This document shows, one piece after another, positions 7,897-15,102 of a DNA stretch of 24,000 nucleotides. Numbering within the stretch: the stretch's first letter is position 1; each line of letters starts with the position of its first letter. The notes below the pieces were generated by a model. The model ran no database searches, had not been told where the DNA came from, and saw only the letters and a program-made list of their open reading frames with translations. This DNA is from Alphaproteobacteria bacterium (GTDB taxonomy: Bacteria > Pseudomonadota > Alphaproteobacteria > JBHICW01): the NCBI GenBank assembly GCA_046759785.1, contig JBHICW010000006.1, positions 1,459 through 25,458 on the forward strand, in the 5' to 3' direction. A program made the translations under genes and the position numbers.

Positions 7897-10557
7897 CTAG
7901 TCGAAATCGCGAAGGCCACCCCCGCCGCCCTCGCCGGCGAGGCTGGCGACGGCGGCCTGCAGGGCATGGGCGATCTTGGCCTCGGCACTCTGGCCCCGGC
8001 CTGAGGCCTCGAGCGCCTGGGGCTCGAGCGGCGCACCGAAGATGATACGCAAGGGCCTGAGCCGGGGGAGGCGCCGGCCCCTGGGCAGGGCCTCGAACGT
8101 GCCGCGGATCACCGCCGGCACCGCCACCGCGCCCGTCTCCTTCACGAGCCGCCCCACCCCGGGGAGGAATGGCTGGAGCCTTCCGTCGGGCGAGCGCCAC
8201 TCCTCGGGGAACCAGACCAGGAGCTTACCCCGCCGCAGCACCTCCACCCCCACGGCGAGGCTCGCGCCAGGTGTGCGGTCGTCGACCGGGAAGACGCGCG
8301 CCGCCCGGGCGACGAGCCGCCGCGACCGGCCGGAGAACATCCGTTGGGCGTCGCCGCCCCAGTGTATGCGCCGCGTTTGCCGCCAGGGGAGCGCCGCGGC
8401 GACGGCGAAGGTGTCGAGGTCGCTTGTGTGGTTTGAGGCGAGGAGCAGCGGGCCATCCGGCTCGGGCAGCCGGTCCAGCCCCTCCACCTTGAGGCCGAAG
8501 AGACCACGGATCAGCGCCCGGTTCAACAGGTAGAGGGCGAAGCCGAACGCCCTGAGCCCCGGCCCCGGCGGCGCGAGCCAGTCCCTCTCGACCGGCGCGC
8601 CGGCCGGCGCCGCTTCGCCCTCGCCCGCCGCCTCCGCGGCCCGGAGGAGGTCGCGCAGCGTCATCACGCTCGCCAGCGCTTCCTCGCTGAGCTTGACGCC
8701 CGTCCGCTCCTCCATCTCGAGGCTTAAGCTTACCCAGGCGAGCGAGTCGACACCCAAGTCGAGCTGCGGGCTCACATCGAGGGTGAGCCTCTTGTTGGGG
8801 AATCTCGTCTCAACCCACGCCCACACCCGGCGCGCGCGCGGCGACTTGAAGAGGGCCCGGTCCAATTCGGTCAGAGGTGCCTCCGGCGGCCGCCCCTCAC
8901 CCTTAGCGGCACGCTCGTAGACGCCCAAGAGCTCGTGGCGTTGGTACTTGCCGAGGCGCGTCCTGGGCAGGGTCTCGCGCGTCAAGGCGTAGCCCGACAC
9001 CCGCTGGTAGGGCCGAAGCCGCCGTGAAAGCTCGGCCAGCGTCACCCGGATCAGGTCGTCGATGCGACCTGTTCCGGCGTCTCGGATCGCCTCGAGCTCC
9101 GGGACCACGAGCGCCATCAGCGCACCGTCCTTTTTCAGCACCGCTACCTCGCGGATGTACGGGCTCTCCGCGTAGACGGCCTCCACGTCCTCGGGCGCCA
9201 GGTTCTTGCCGCCCGGGAGCACGATCATCTCGTTCGCGCGCCCGGTGACGTAAAGGTAGCCGTCGGCGTCCAGCCGTCCGAGATCCCCGGTGCGAAACCA
9301 GCCGTCCTCGGTGAACGCGGCCCGGTTTGCCGCCGGGTCGTTCCGGTAGCCCTTAAAGACGTTGGGACCGCGGAGCCAGACCTCGCCGGGCTGGCCTTCG
9401 CGGGCGGCGGCGACGCGCACCTCGCCGCCGGGGGCGGGGAGCCCCACCGAGCCTACCCGCGTGCGCCCGCGCGGGTTGAAGGTGGAGATGGAGGCGGTCT
9501 CGACGAGTCCGTAACCGTTCAAGATCTCGAAGCCGAGTCCCTCCAACGCCCGCTCGACCTCGGGCTCGAGCCTGGCACCGCCGCAGGCGAGGAGCTTAAG
9601 CTCCGGGCCCAGCTCCTCATGGAGCCGGTGGAACAGTAGCCGTCCGGCTCTGAGCCGGGCGTAGCGTCGGAGCGCCATGGAGAAGGTGAGGAGGGCGCGG
9701 AACAGGACCAGGGCAGGCCGCCCGCGCGCCTTGAGCTTCGCCTCGACGCCGGCGAGCATCGCCTCGTAGAGCCGCGGCACCCCGACCACGGCCCGCACCT
9801 GCCCCTCCCGGAGCGCCCGCACGATCTCGGGCCCAGTCACGTCCGCCGGGAGCACGATCGTCGCGCCGGCGGCGAGCGGTAGCAGCATGCCGGCGAGGAA
9901 GGGGTAGGAGTGGTGGAGCGGCAGGGGCAACAGAACCCGCTCGGCAGGCGCGATGAAGCGGCCGGCGAGCAGAGTCTCGAGGTTGCTCATGATGTTGCGG
10001 TGGGTGAGCGGCACGCCCTTGGGCGCCCCGGTGGTGCCCGAGGTGTAGAAGAGCGCCGCCGGCTCTTCGGGTCCGGGCTCGGGGAGGCTCTCGGGTGCCT
10101 CCCGGAGAAGGCTGCGCCAGTGCCGCGCCCCCTCCGGCCCCGGCCCGCCGTCGTCGAGAAGGATGGGCTCAAGGCGCTCCGCTCCATCCGTTCCCTGGAG
10201 TGTGGCGAGCTGGGCGCGGGTCGTGAAAATGCGGCGGCACCCACTGTCCGCCAGAACGTGGGTGAGGTGAGAGCCAGCCAGGAGGTCGTCGACCGGCACG
10301 GCGAGCGCCCCCACCGCAAGGAGAGCGAGGCGCGCCAGCACCCACTCGGGCCGGTTGGGGGCGAAGAGGGCGACCGGTTCCCCGGGCTCCACCCCGAGCT
10401 CCTTCAAGCCCCCTGCGAGGCGGGCTGCCTGGTCCCAGAGCTGGTCGTACGACCAGGTCAGGGTCGCCTCTTCGCCCACCGCGATCAGCGCCGGGGCCTC
10501 ACCGCGGGCGGCGACGCTCCGGACGACGAACTGAAGGGTGCCGCTCTCGACCGTCAT
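7897..10557 (-). CDS. Three-domain protein: acyl-AMP/acyl-CoA ligase (ANL), phosphopantetheine carrier domain, 1-acylglycerol-3-phosphate (PlsC/LPLAT) acyltransferase (886 aa)
   Basis: ANL motifs: LFYTSGTTGAPKG (aa 169-181), YGLVETAS, TGDLGRLDADGYLYVTGR, PRTRLGKYQR. Carrier motif LDLGVDSLAWVSLSLEME (Ser605). LPLAT motifs NHTSDLD (H710-X4-D), VFPVDD and FPEEWRSPDG. Confidence 0.8.
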   Translation of the reverse strand: MTVESGTLQFVVRSVAARGEAPALIAVGEEATLTWSYDQLWDQAARLAGGLKELGVEPGEPVALFAPNRPEWVLARLALLAVGALAVPVDDLLAGSHLTHVLADSGCRRIFTTRAQLATLQGTDGAERLEPILLDDGGPGPEGARHWRSLLREAPESLPEPGPEEPAALFYTSGTTGAPKGVPLTHRNIMSNLETLLAGRFIAPAERVLLPLPLHHSYPFLAGMLLPLAAGATIVLPADVTGPEIVRALREGQVRAVVGVPRLYEAMLAGVEAKLKARGRPALVLFRALLTFSMALRRYARLRAGRLLFHRLHEELGPELKLLACGGARLEPEVERALEGLGFEILNGYGLVETASISTFNPRGRTRVGSVGLPAPGGEVRVAAAREGQPGEVWLRGPNVFKGYRNDPAANRAAFTEDGWFRTGDLGRLDADGYLYVTGRANEMIVLPGGKNLAPEDVEAVYAESPYIREVAVLKKDGALMALVVPELEAIRDAGTGRIDDLIRVTLAELSRRLRPYQRVSGYALTRETLPRTRLGKYQRHELLGVYERAAKGEGRPPEAPLTELDRALFKSPRARRVWAWVETRFPNKRLTLDVSPQLDLGVDSLAWVSLSLEMEERTGVKLSEEALASVMTLRDLLRAAEAAGEGEAAPAGAPVERDWLAPPGPGLRAFGFALYLLNRALIRGLFGLKVEGLDRLPEPDGPLLLASNHTSDLDTFAVAAALPWRQTRRIHWGGDAQRMFSGRSRRLVARAARVFPVDDRTPGASLAVGVEVLRRGKLLVWFPEEWRSPDGRLQPFLPGVGRLVKETGAVAVPAVIRGTFEALPRGRRLPRLRPLRIIFGAPLEPQALEASGRGQSAEAKIAHALQAAVASLAGEGGGGGLRDFD

Positions 10558-10716
10558 TGGCCCGTTGCCTCGGAGCGAGGCCCGGCCGCGTGGTCTCGCG
10601 CGGCCGCCCGCTCCATGTCGTCGTGGCCTCCGGTGGAGGCCACCTCAACCTCTAGAATGCGGCGCGCGGCGGGCGCCGGCAAGTCCCCCGCGCCGACTCG
10701 GGAGGGCCTAACGCGG

Positions 10717-11655
10717 CTAAGGACGGAACCCATGGACGCGTCGCGCCCTGACGCGGAGAACGCCCGGGCGTCCCCGCCGGCGCGGGCGCGGCGGCGCCCG
10801 GGGTGCCGACCAGGGGGCCCTCAAGGGGCGGTCGGGGACGAGGCCGCGTCCAAGCCGCTCCCCCGGGATCTCGACCCGGGCGGCGGGGACCAAGAGGCGC
10901 CAGTCGTGGTCGACCGGCAAGACGTCGTGCAAGTAGTCCTTGCCCGCGGTCCTTTCGCCCACGACCTCGGCGTCAGCGTAGCGCCTCAAGAGCGCGGCCA
11001 GCATCTCGGCGCTCGACGCGGTCTCAGGGCCGACGAGGACGGTGAGCCGCTTGACACCCCCGGCCCTGCCGGCCGAGGGAATCGCCTGGGAGGTGCGCTC
11101 GCCGTCGCGCACGAGGTAAAGCGCCGCATTCACGGGTCCGGTAAACACGCCGGCGACCCTGAGCATGCGGGCGAACGGGCCGCCCCTGTTCGAGCGGAGG
11201 TCGAGGACCACCGAGGCGCCGTCAACCCCGGCGACGGCCGTGAGCGCGTCCTTGACCTCCTGCTCCGCCTGACGCTCGAAGCGCTCAAGCGGGATGAGCC
11301 AGCGGCCGTCCTCGAGCCGGCGAAGCGCCCCCAGGGAGCGGCGCCAGGTGACGCCGCGGATCGTGTCGGTGTCGGGGTGGGGAACGCGCTCGAGCGCGGC
11401 GCGCCCGTCGAACACGCCCGCGAGCGCCGTCGCCGCACAGACGAGGTCGGAGCCGCAGGAGGCGCGCACGACGGCAAGCGGCCGCACCCGCGCTACGGCG
11501 GGCGCGCGGGCGGTCACCGCCTCGTAGAGCCGTGCCAGCGCATCCGGCTGGGCTTCCGCCCTGCCCATGAGCGCCAGGACGGCAGCCGCGGCGAGGCTAG
11601 TGGCAATAATTGCGGGCGCCGACCATCGTCGCGCCCCAGGGTTCCTCGCCCACAC
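10717..11655 (-). CDS. S41-family (C-terminal processing peptidase-like) serine peptidase, short, with predicted signal peptide (312 aa)
   Basis: S41 blocks: VVLDLRSNRGGPF, VLVGPETASSAEMLAALL (nucleophile Ser region) and GERTAGKDY (general-base Lys). The N-terminus RRWSAPAIIATSLAAAAVLALMGRAEA-QPD looks like a signal peptide. GTG start at 11655 lies inside the 3' end of the upstream gene. The alternative ATG 11568 would remove the signal peptide. Confidence 0.7.
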   Translation of the reverse strand: MWARNPGARRWSAPAIIATSLAAAAVLALMGRAEAQPDALARLYEAVTARAPAVARVRPLAVVRASCGSDLVCAATALAGVFDGRAALERVPHPDTDTIRGVTWRRSLGALRRLEDGRWLIPLERFERQAEQEVKDALTAVAGVDGASVVLDLRSNRGGPFARMLRVAGVFTGPVNAALYLVRDGERTSQAIPSAGRAGGVKRLTVLVGPETASSAEMLAALLRRYADAEVVGERTAGKDYLHDVLPVDHDWRLLVPAARVEIPGERLGRGLVPDRPLRAPWSAPRAPPRPRRRGRPGVLRVRARRVHGFRP

Positions 11656-12766
11656 CGTCGATCATGCCGAGAAGCTGCTGAGTCTTGACGTCGATCACGG
11701 CCACCCGGTCCGAGCCGCTGAGGGCAACATAGAGCTTGCGGCCGTCGGGTGTCGTGACCCCGGTCTCCGGCGAGCCGGGAAGCGGGATCTCGCCGACCTT
11801 CGCCATGGCCTCGAGGTCGAGCACGACCGCCTTGTCCTCGCCCCGGCTGATGACGAACGCGACCGTGCCGCCGGGGTCGCTGTTGACGCCGGTCATGTCC
11901 TTCGCACCCGGGAGCGTCGCCACGACCTCGAGCGAGGAGGTCGAGATCACGGAGATCGTCGCGTCGCCGTTGTTCGGCACCAGCATGTGGCGGCCTTGCG
12001 CCGTGGCATAGGCGCGCCACGGCATCGGTCCGAGGGCGATCCGCCCGAGCCCCTGGCCCGTGGTGAGGTCGATCACCGCGAGGACGCCGGCCTCCCCGTG
12101 GGCGGCGAAGCCCAGGCGGCCGTCCGGCGTCGGCGTCACGTTGATGATGCCCTGGTACGCCTGGGGCGCGGCCCCGAGCGCGCCGACGGCCGCGGGCCCG
12201 GCCACCGGAACCTCGTCTATGATCCGCGCCTCGGCCACGTCGATGACGCTCACGTGGTTGGCGCCCAGGTTCGCCACGTAGAGCCGCGAGCCGTCGCGAC
12301 TGAAGGTCAGGTTGTGCGGCTCGAACAATCCGCGGATGCGGGCGACCTCTCGCGCCTCATCGAGCGCGACCAGGGAGACCGTGCCACCCCCGATATTCCC
12401 GACGGCAACGAGTCGGCCGTCGGGGTGGAGCTGCATGTGCTCCGGCTCGCTGTCGAGGCGGAGGGTCGCCACCGATGCGAGAGTCTCGAGGTCCACGATC
12501 GAGATGGTGTCGTCGCCGGTATTGGTGGCGACGAGCCTGTTCAGCGACTCCGAGACGACCACCTGGTGGGGGACGTTGCCGACGTCGAGGTGCGCGACGA
12601 CCCGGTCCGTCAGGCTGTCGATCACGGCCACGTCGGCGGAGGCACGGTTGGGCACGAACACGTACCGGGCCACGTCATCGAGGGCGTGGGCGCACGGGAT
12701 CCAGAGGAAAGCCGCGGCGAGCGCGGCGGGTAAGCTGACTCGGGCGACGGTCTTCATCTCATTCAC
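11597..12766 (-). CDS. Secreted YVTN-family beta-propeller repeat protein (389 aa)
   Basis: Signal peptide MKTVARVSLPAALAAAFLWIPCAHA. Eight recognisable units of about 45 aa, e.g. SRDGSRLYVANLGANHVSVIDVAEARII and TPDGRKLYVALSGSDRVAVIDVKTQQLL. Ends in GARNYCH. GTG 12766 has GAGGA 8 nt upstream; ATG 12757 is an alternative. Confidence 0.8.
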   Translation of the reverse strand: MNEMKTVARVSLPAALAAAFLWIPCAHALDDVARYVFVPNRASADVAVIDSLTDRVVAHLDVGNVPHQVVVSESLNRLVATNTGDDTISIVDLETLASVATLRLDSEPEHMQLHPDGRLVAVGNIGGGTVSLVALDEAREVARIRGLFEPHNLTFSRDGSRLYVANLGANHVSVIDVAEARIIDEVPVAGPAAVGALGAAPQAYQGIINVTPTPDGRLGFAAHGEAGVLAVIDLTTGQGLGRIALGPMPWRAYATAQGRHMLVPNNGDATISVISTSSLEVVATLPGAKDMTGVNSDPGGTVAFVISRGEDKAVVLDLEAMAKVGEIPLPGSPETGVTTPDGRKLYVALSGSDRVAVIDVKTQQLLGMIDGVGEEPWGATMVGARNYCH

Positions 12767-12864
12767 TTCTCTTGTCCTCGTTTCTGCGCGGGCCCGCCCC
12801 GGAAGGGCGTGTCACCACACGGGAGGAGTCCCATCCCGCCAGAATGCCCCGTCCGGCGGTGAGT

Positions 12865-13040
12865 GACGCGTGACAGCAGGTCTCCTGGCTCGCGGTTCAA
12901 GGTCCTTGCGCTGGCCTTCCCTGTTTGCCCAATGGCGCGGCCTGCAAGACCTCACCGCCTACAGTTGCGGTGACAGCCCTGGCTTTGACCCCGGCAAAAG
13001 GTCTGACCGTGTTCCCTTTTCATCCTCGTGAGGGGAGCCG
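12865..13040 (-). promoter_or_regulatory. Cobalamin (B12) riboswitch aptamer in the 5' leader of the beta-propeller gene
   Basis: The minus strand shows the conserved blocks in the correct order. These are AAAAGGGAAC (rc 13011-13020), GGTCAAAGCC (rc 12981-12990) and GCTGTCACCGCAACTGT (rc 12961-12977). Then come GCGCCATTGGGC (rc 12927-12938), GGGAAGGCC (rc 12913-12921) and the B12 box CCGCGAGCCAGGAGACCTGC (rc 12876-12895). The 5' part seems to carry an extra hairpin relative to the consensus. No covariance model was run. Confidence 0.8.
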
Positions 13041-13048
13041 TCGGCGGA

Positions 13049-13077
13049 ACTATAGGGGGCTCAAGGGTCGTCCGCAA
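13049..13077 (-). promoter_or_regulatory. Sigma70-like promoter for the riboswitch transcript
   Basis: The minus strand reads TTGCGG (rc 13072-13077), a 17-nt spacer, then TATAGT (rc 13049-13054). This places the TSS near 13042, just upstream of the aptamer. Confidence 0.4.
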
Positions 13078-13093
13078 CAACGGGGCGGCGCGC

Positions 13094-13195
13094 CCGGAGC
13101 GTACTTACGACCTCATGGTCATCGGCGGCGGCATCAATGCGGTGGGCGTCGCCCGCGATGCCGCCGGCCGCGGCCTTTCGGGCCTGTTCTGCAGG
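13094..13195 (+). pseudogene. glpD: Remnant of glycerol-3-phosphate dehydrogenase (GlpD) N-terminus, FAD-binding fold only
   Basis: The plus frame reads ERTYDLMVIGGGINAVGVARDAAGRGLSGLFC. This closely matches the GlpD N-terminal YDLxVIGGGINGxGIARDAAGRGLxVxLxE block. Similarity stops abruptly at about 13195, and only about 220 nt remain before the next gene on the opposite strand. Confidence 0.65.
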
Positions 13196-13414
13196 ACCTC
13201 CGCCGCCAATGAACGACGCTGGACTTCAGCGATGGCTCGGCCCGTGGACGGGTGGCGGCGCCGCCTTGGGAAAGGTCCGCCAGCCCCTGGCGGCTCGCCT
13301 CGCCCATGTTGCCGCCCACGGTCTGGGCAGGGCTTCCGAAGGTTTCGGCGCGCGGCCTGAATGCCGCCGTGATCGGGGCGCGCCGCTCCTTCCTATGCTG
13401 CCGTCCGGCCGGCG

Positions 13415-14209
13415 TCAGCGTACCGCGAGAAGCGCCTCTGCCAGTTCGGCGAAGCCATGCCCGCCCGGTCGCTCCGTCACCCAGCGTGGCTCAGCCGCCA
13501 GGCGCCCGGCGAAGCGGGCGATGTTCGCGACCCCGGTCGCGTGCGGGAAGTACGCGAACATCGGCACGTCGTTCGGCGAATCCCCGACGAACACGCAGGC
13601 CTTCCGCCGCCGGTCTAAGTCCAGGCGGAAGATCTCCTTCAGCATCACCTTCGTCATCGCGAGCTTGTCGAAGTCGCCGAACCAGCCGTTCACATGGATC
13701 GAGCTCACCTTGGCGCAGGCCCCGGCGGACTCGAAGAGCGCAACGACGCGGTCGACGTCGACCTCTGAGAGCGGTCCTACGTCCTCGGCGAAGTCGATCG
13801 CGAGGTCGGCCTCGCGGTAAGGCTGGTCGGCTGCGACTGCCGCCTCCGGGACGGCGGCCAGAATCCGCGCCTTGAGCCTCTCCAGCCGCCGACGGCCGGC
13901 GCCGCGCTCCGCCTCGTTGAGCCAGTAGCGGCGCACCATCCGCCGCCGCTCCCCATGGTAGTGGAAGTAGAACGCCCCGTTTTCGCCGACGACCCCGTCG
14001 ACGGGCCACATCCGCGCGATGTGGTCGCACCAGCCGGCCGGGCGTCCGGTGACCGGAATCACCTTCACCCCCGCTTCGCGCAGCCGCTCGAGCGCCCCAT
14101 AAGCCGTGGCGGGAACCCGTCCCTCATGGGTGAGGGTGTCGTCGATGTCGGTGAGGACGACCGCGACGCGCCGCCGCGCCTCGGCCGGAAATTCTTTGAG
14201 CGGTCGCAT
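13415..14209 (-). CDS. HAD-superfamily hydrolase, subfamily IIB (Cof / sugar-phosphate phosphatase-like, 264 aa)
   Basis: Motif I VVLTDIDDTLT, motif II VIPVTGRP, motif IV FVGDSPNDVPMF. A cap insertion lies between motifs II and III, as in type IIB. Confidence 0.8.
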   Translation of the reverse strand: MRPLKEFPAEARRRVAVVLTDIDDTLTHEGRVPATAYGALERLREAGVKVIPVTGRPAGWCDHIARMWPVDGVVGENGAFYFHYHGERRRMVRRYWLNEAERGAGRRRLERLKARILAAVPEAAVAADQPYREADLAIDFAEDVGPLSEVDVDRVVALFESAGACAKVSSIHVNGWFGDFDKLAMTKVMLKEIFRLDLDRRRKACVFVGDSPNDVPMFAYFPHATGVANIARFAGRLAAEPRWVTERPGGHGFAELAEALLAVR

Positions 14210-14404
14210 GGCGGGGCCATGGTGTCAAACGACGTCCGGGCTGTCCAACGTTCGCGTGTCGCGGGCGCGGTCGAGGACGGCGGACACGTCTCGCATGGGT
14301 CGGGGGTCCGGTCTGACCCCCCAGTAGAGGGCCACGCGCGCGCGACCGACCCGGTCCAGTTGCCCGGGCTTGGCCGCGCCGGCGGCGCGGTTGCCGGCCT
14401 CAGG

Positions 14405-14629
14405 CTACTTGAGGCCGAAGCCCTTGAACCGGCGCTGGAAGCGCGCGACCTGGCCGCCGCTATCGACGATGCGCTGCGCCCCGCCGGTCCAGGCCGGGTG
14501 GGACTTGGGGTCGATCTCGAGGGTCAAAGTGTCCCCGGGCTTGCCCCACGTGGAGCGGGTCTTGAAGGTCTCCCCGTCGGTCATGACGACGGTGATCTCG
14601 TGGTAATCGGGATGGATCCCCTTCTTCAT
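14405..14629 (-). CDS. rpmE: 50S ribosomal protein L31 (74 aa)
   Basis: [50 protein letters not shown]...RFQRRF is the L31 signature. AAGGAG lies 9 nt upstream of ATG 14629. The track ORF (136 aa) over-extends upstream. Confidence 0.9.
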   Translation of the reverse strand: MKKGIHPDYHEITVVMTDGETFKTRSTWGKPGDTLTLEIDPKSHPAWTGGAQRIVDSGGQVARFQRRFKGFGLK

Positions 14630-14778
14630 GATAGCGTATCTCCTTGCGCGGCCGCCGGCCTTATAGCCAAGGCGGCAAGCGAGGGCAATGCCCTCGCGCG
14701 GGCTTGTTGGTCTCATGCGCGCTTGGTATAGGGAAAACGACGCTGCGCCGACCGTCTGGCAGGCGGGTGCCGGTAAGT

Positions 14779-15102
14779 ATGGACGAAGGTGGGTTCGAAT
14801 CGGCCGTCGACGCACTGCACCACCGGCTCCCGGGCCGGTTGGAGAGGGCGGACACGGACCTTGAGGTCGGCCTTGAAAGGGGCGTTCTCACCATCGAGCT
14901 GGCTTGGCGGCAAAATTACGTGAACGGCAAGGACGCGCCCAACCGGGAGATGTGGATGGCGTCGCCGGTGAGTGGCGCTAGCCACTTCCCCTGCGGGCCG
15001 GCCGCGGGACGCTGGGTCTGCAAACCGGGAGGCGAAGCTCTCATCGATCTGCTGGCGCGGGAGCTCGAGGCCGCGGCCGGCGCCGAGTTCGACCTTGGCT
15101 AG
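14779..15102 (+). CDS. cyaY: Frataxin-like iron-sulfur cluster assembly protein CyaY (107 aa)
   Basis: [12 protein letters not shown]...[15 protein letters not shown]...[16 protein letters not shown]...[17 protein letters not shown] follows the CyaY/frataxin pattern (GVLTI..., IW(L/M)AS..SG..HF). ATG at 14779; the upstream 45 codons of the track ORF are not conserved-looking. Confidence 0.8.
   Translation: MDEGGFESAVDALHHRLPGRLERADTDLEVGLERGVLTIELAWRQNYVNGKDAPNREMWMASPVSGASHFPCGPAAGRWVCKPGGEALIDLLARELEAAAGAEFDLG

Noticed and set aside
14340-14404. GC-rich hairpins after the rpmE stop (CCGCGCC-GCC-GGCGCGG and GGGGTC-N6-GACCCC) as terminators
   Set aside because: Neither is followed by a U-tract. 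Such stems are frequent by chance in DNA of this GC content. They are possible but unsupported.
14791-14801. GGGTTCGAATC, a tRNA T-arm-like string
   Set aside because: It lies inside the cyaY coding frame (..EGGFESAVD..). I could not fold flanking acceptor or anticodon stems, so it looks coincidental.
14630-14815. Upstream 62 codons of ORF 14405..14815 (L31) and the first 45 codons of ORF 14644..15102 (CyaY)
   Set aside because: L31 and CyaY homology start at internal ATGs (14629 with an AAGGAG SD; 14779). The extensions cross the divergent promoter region and show no conservation.
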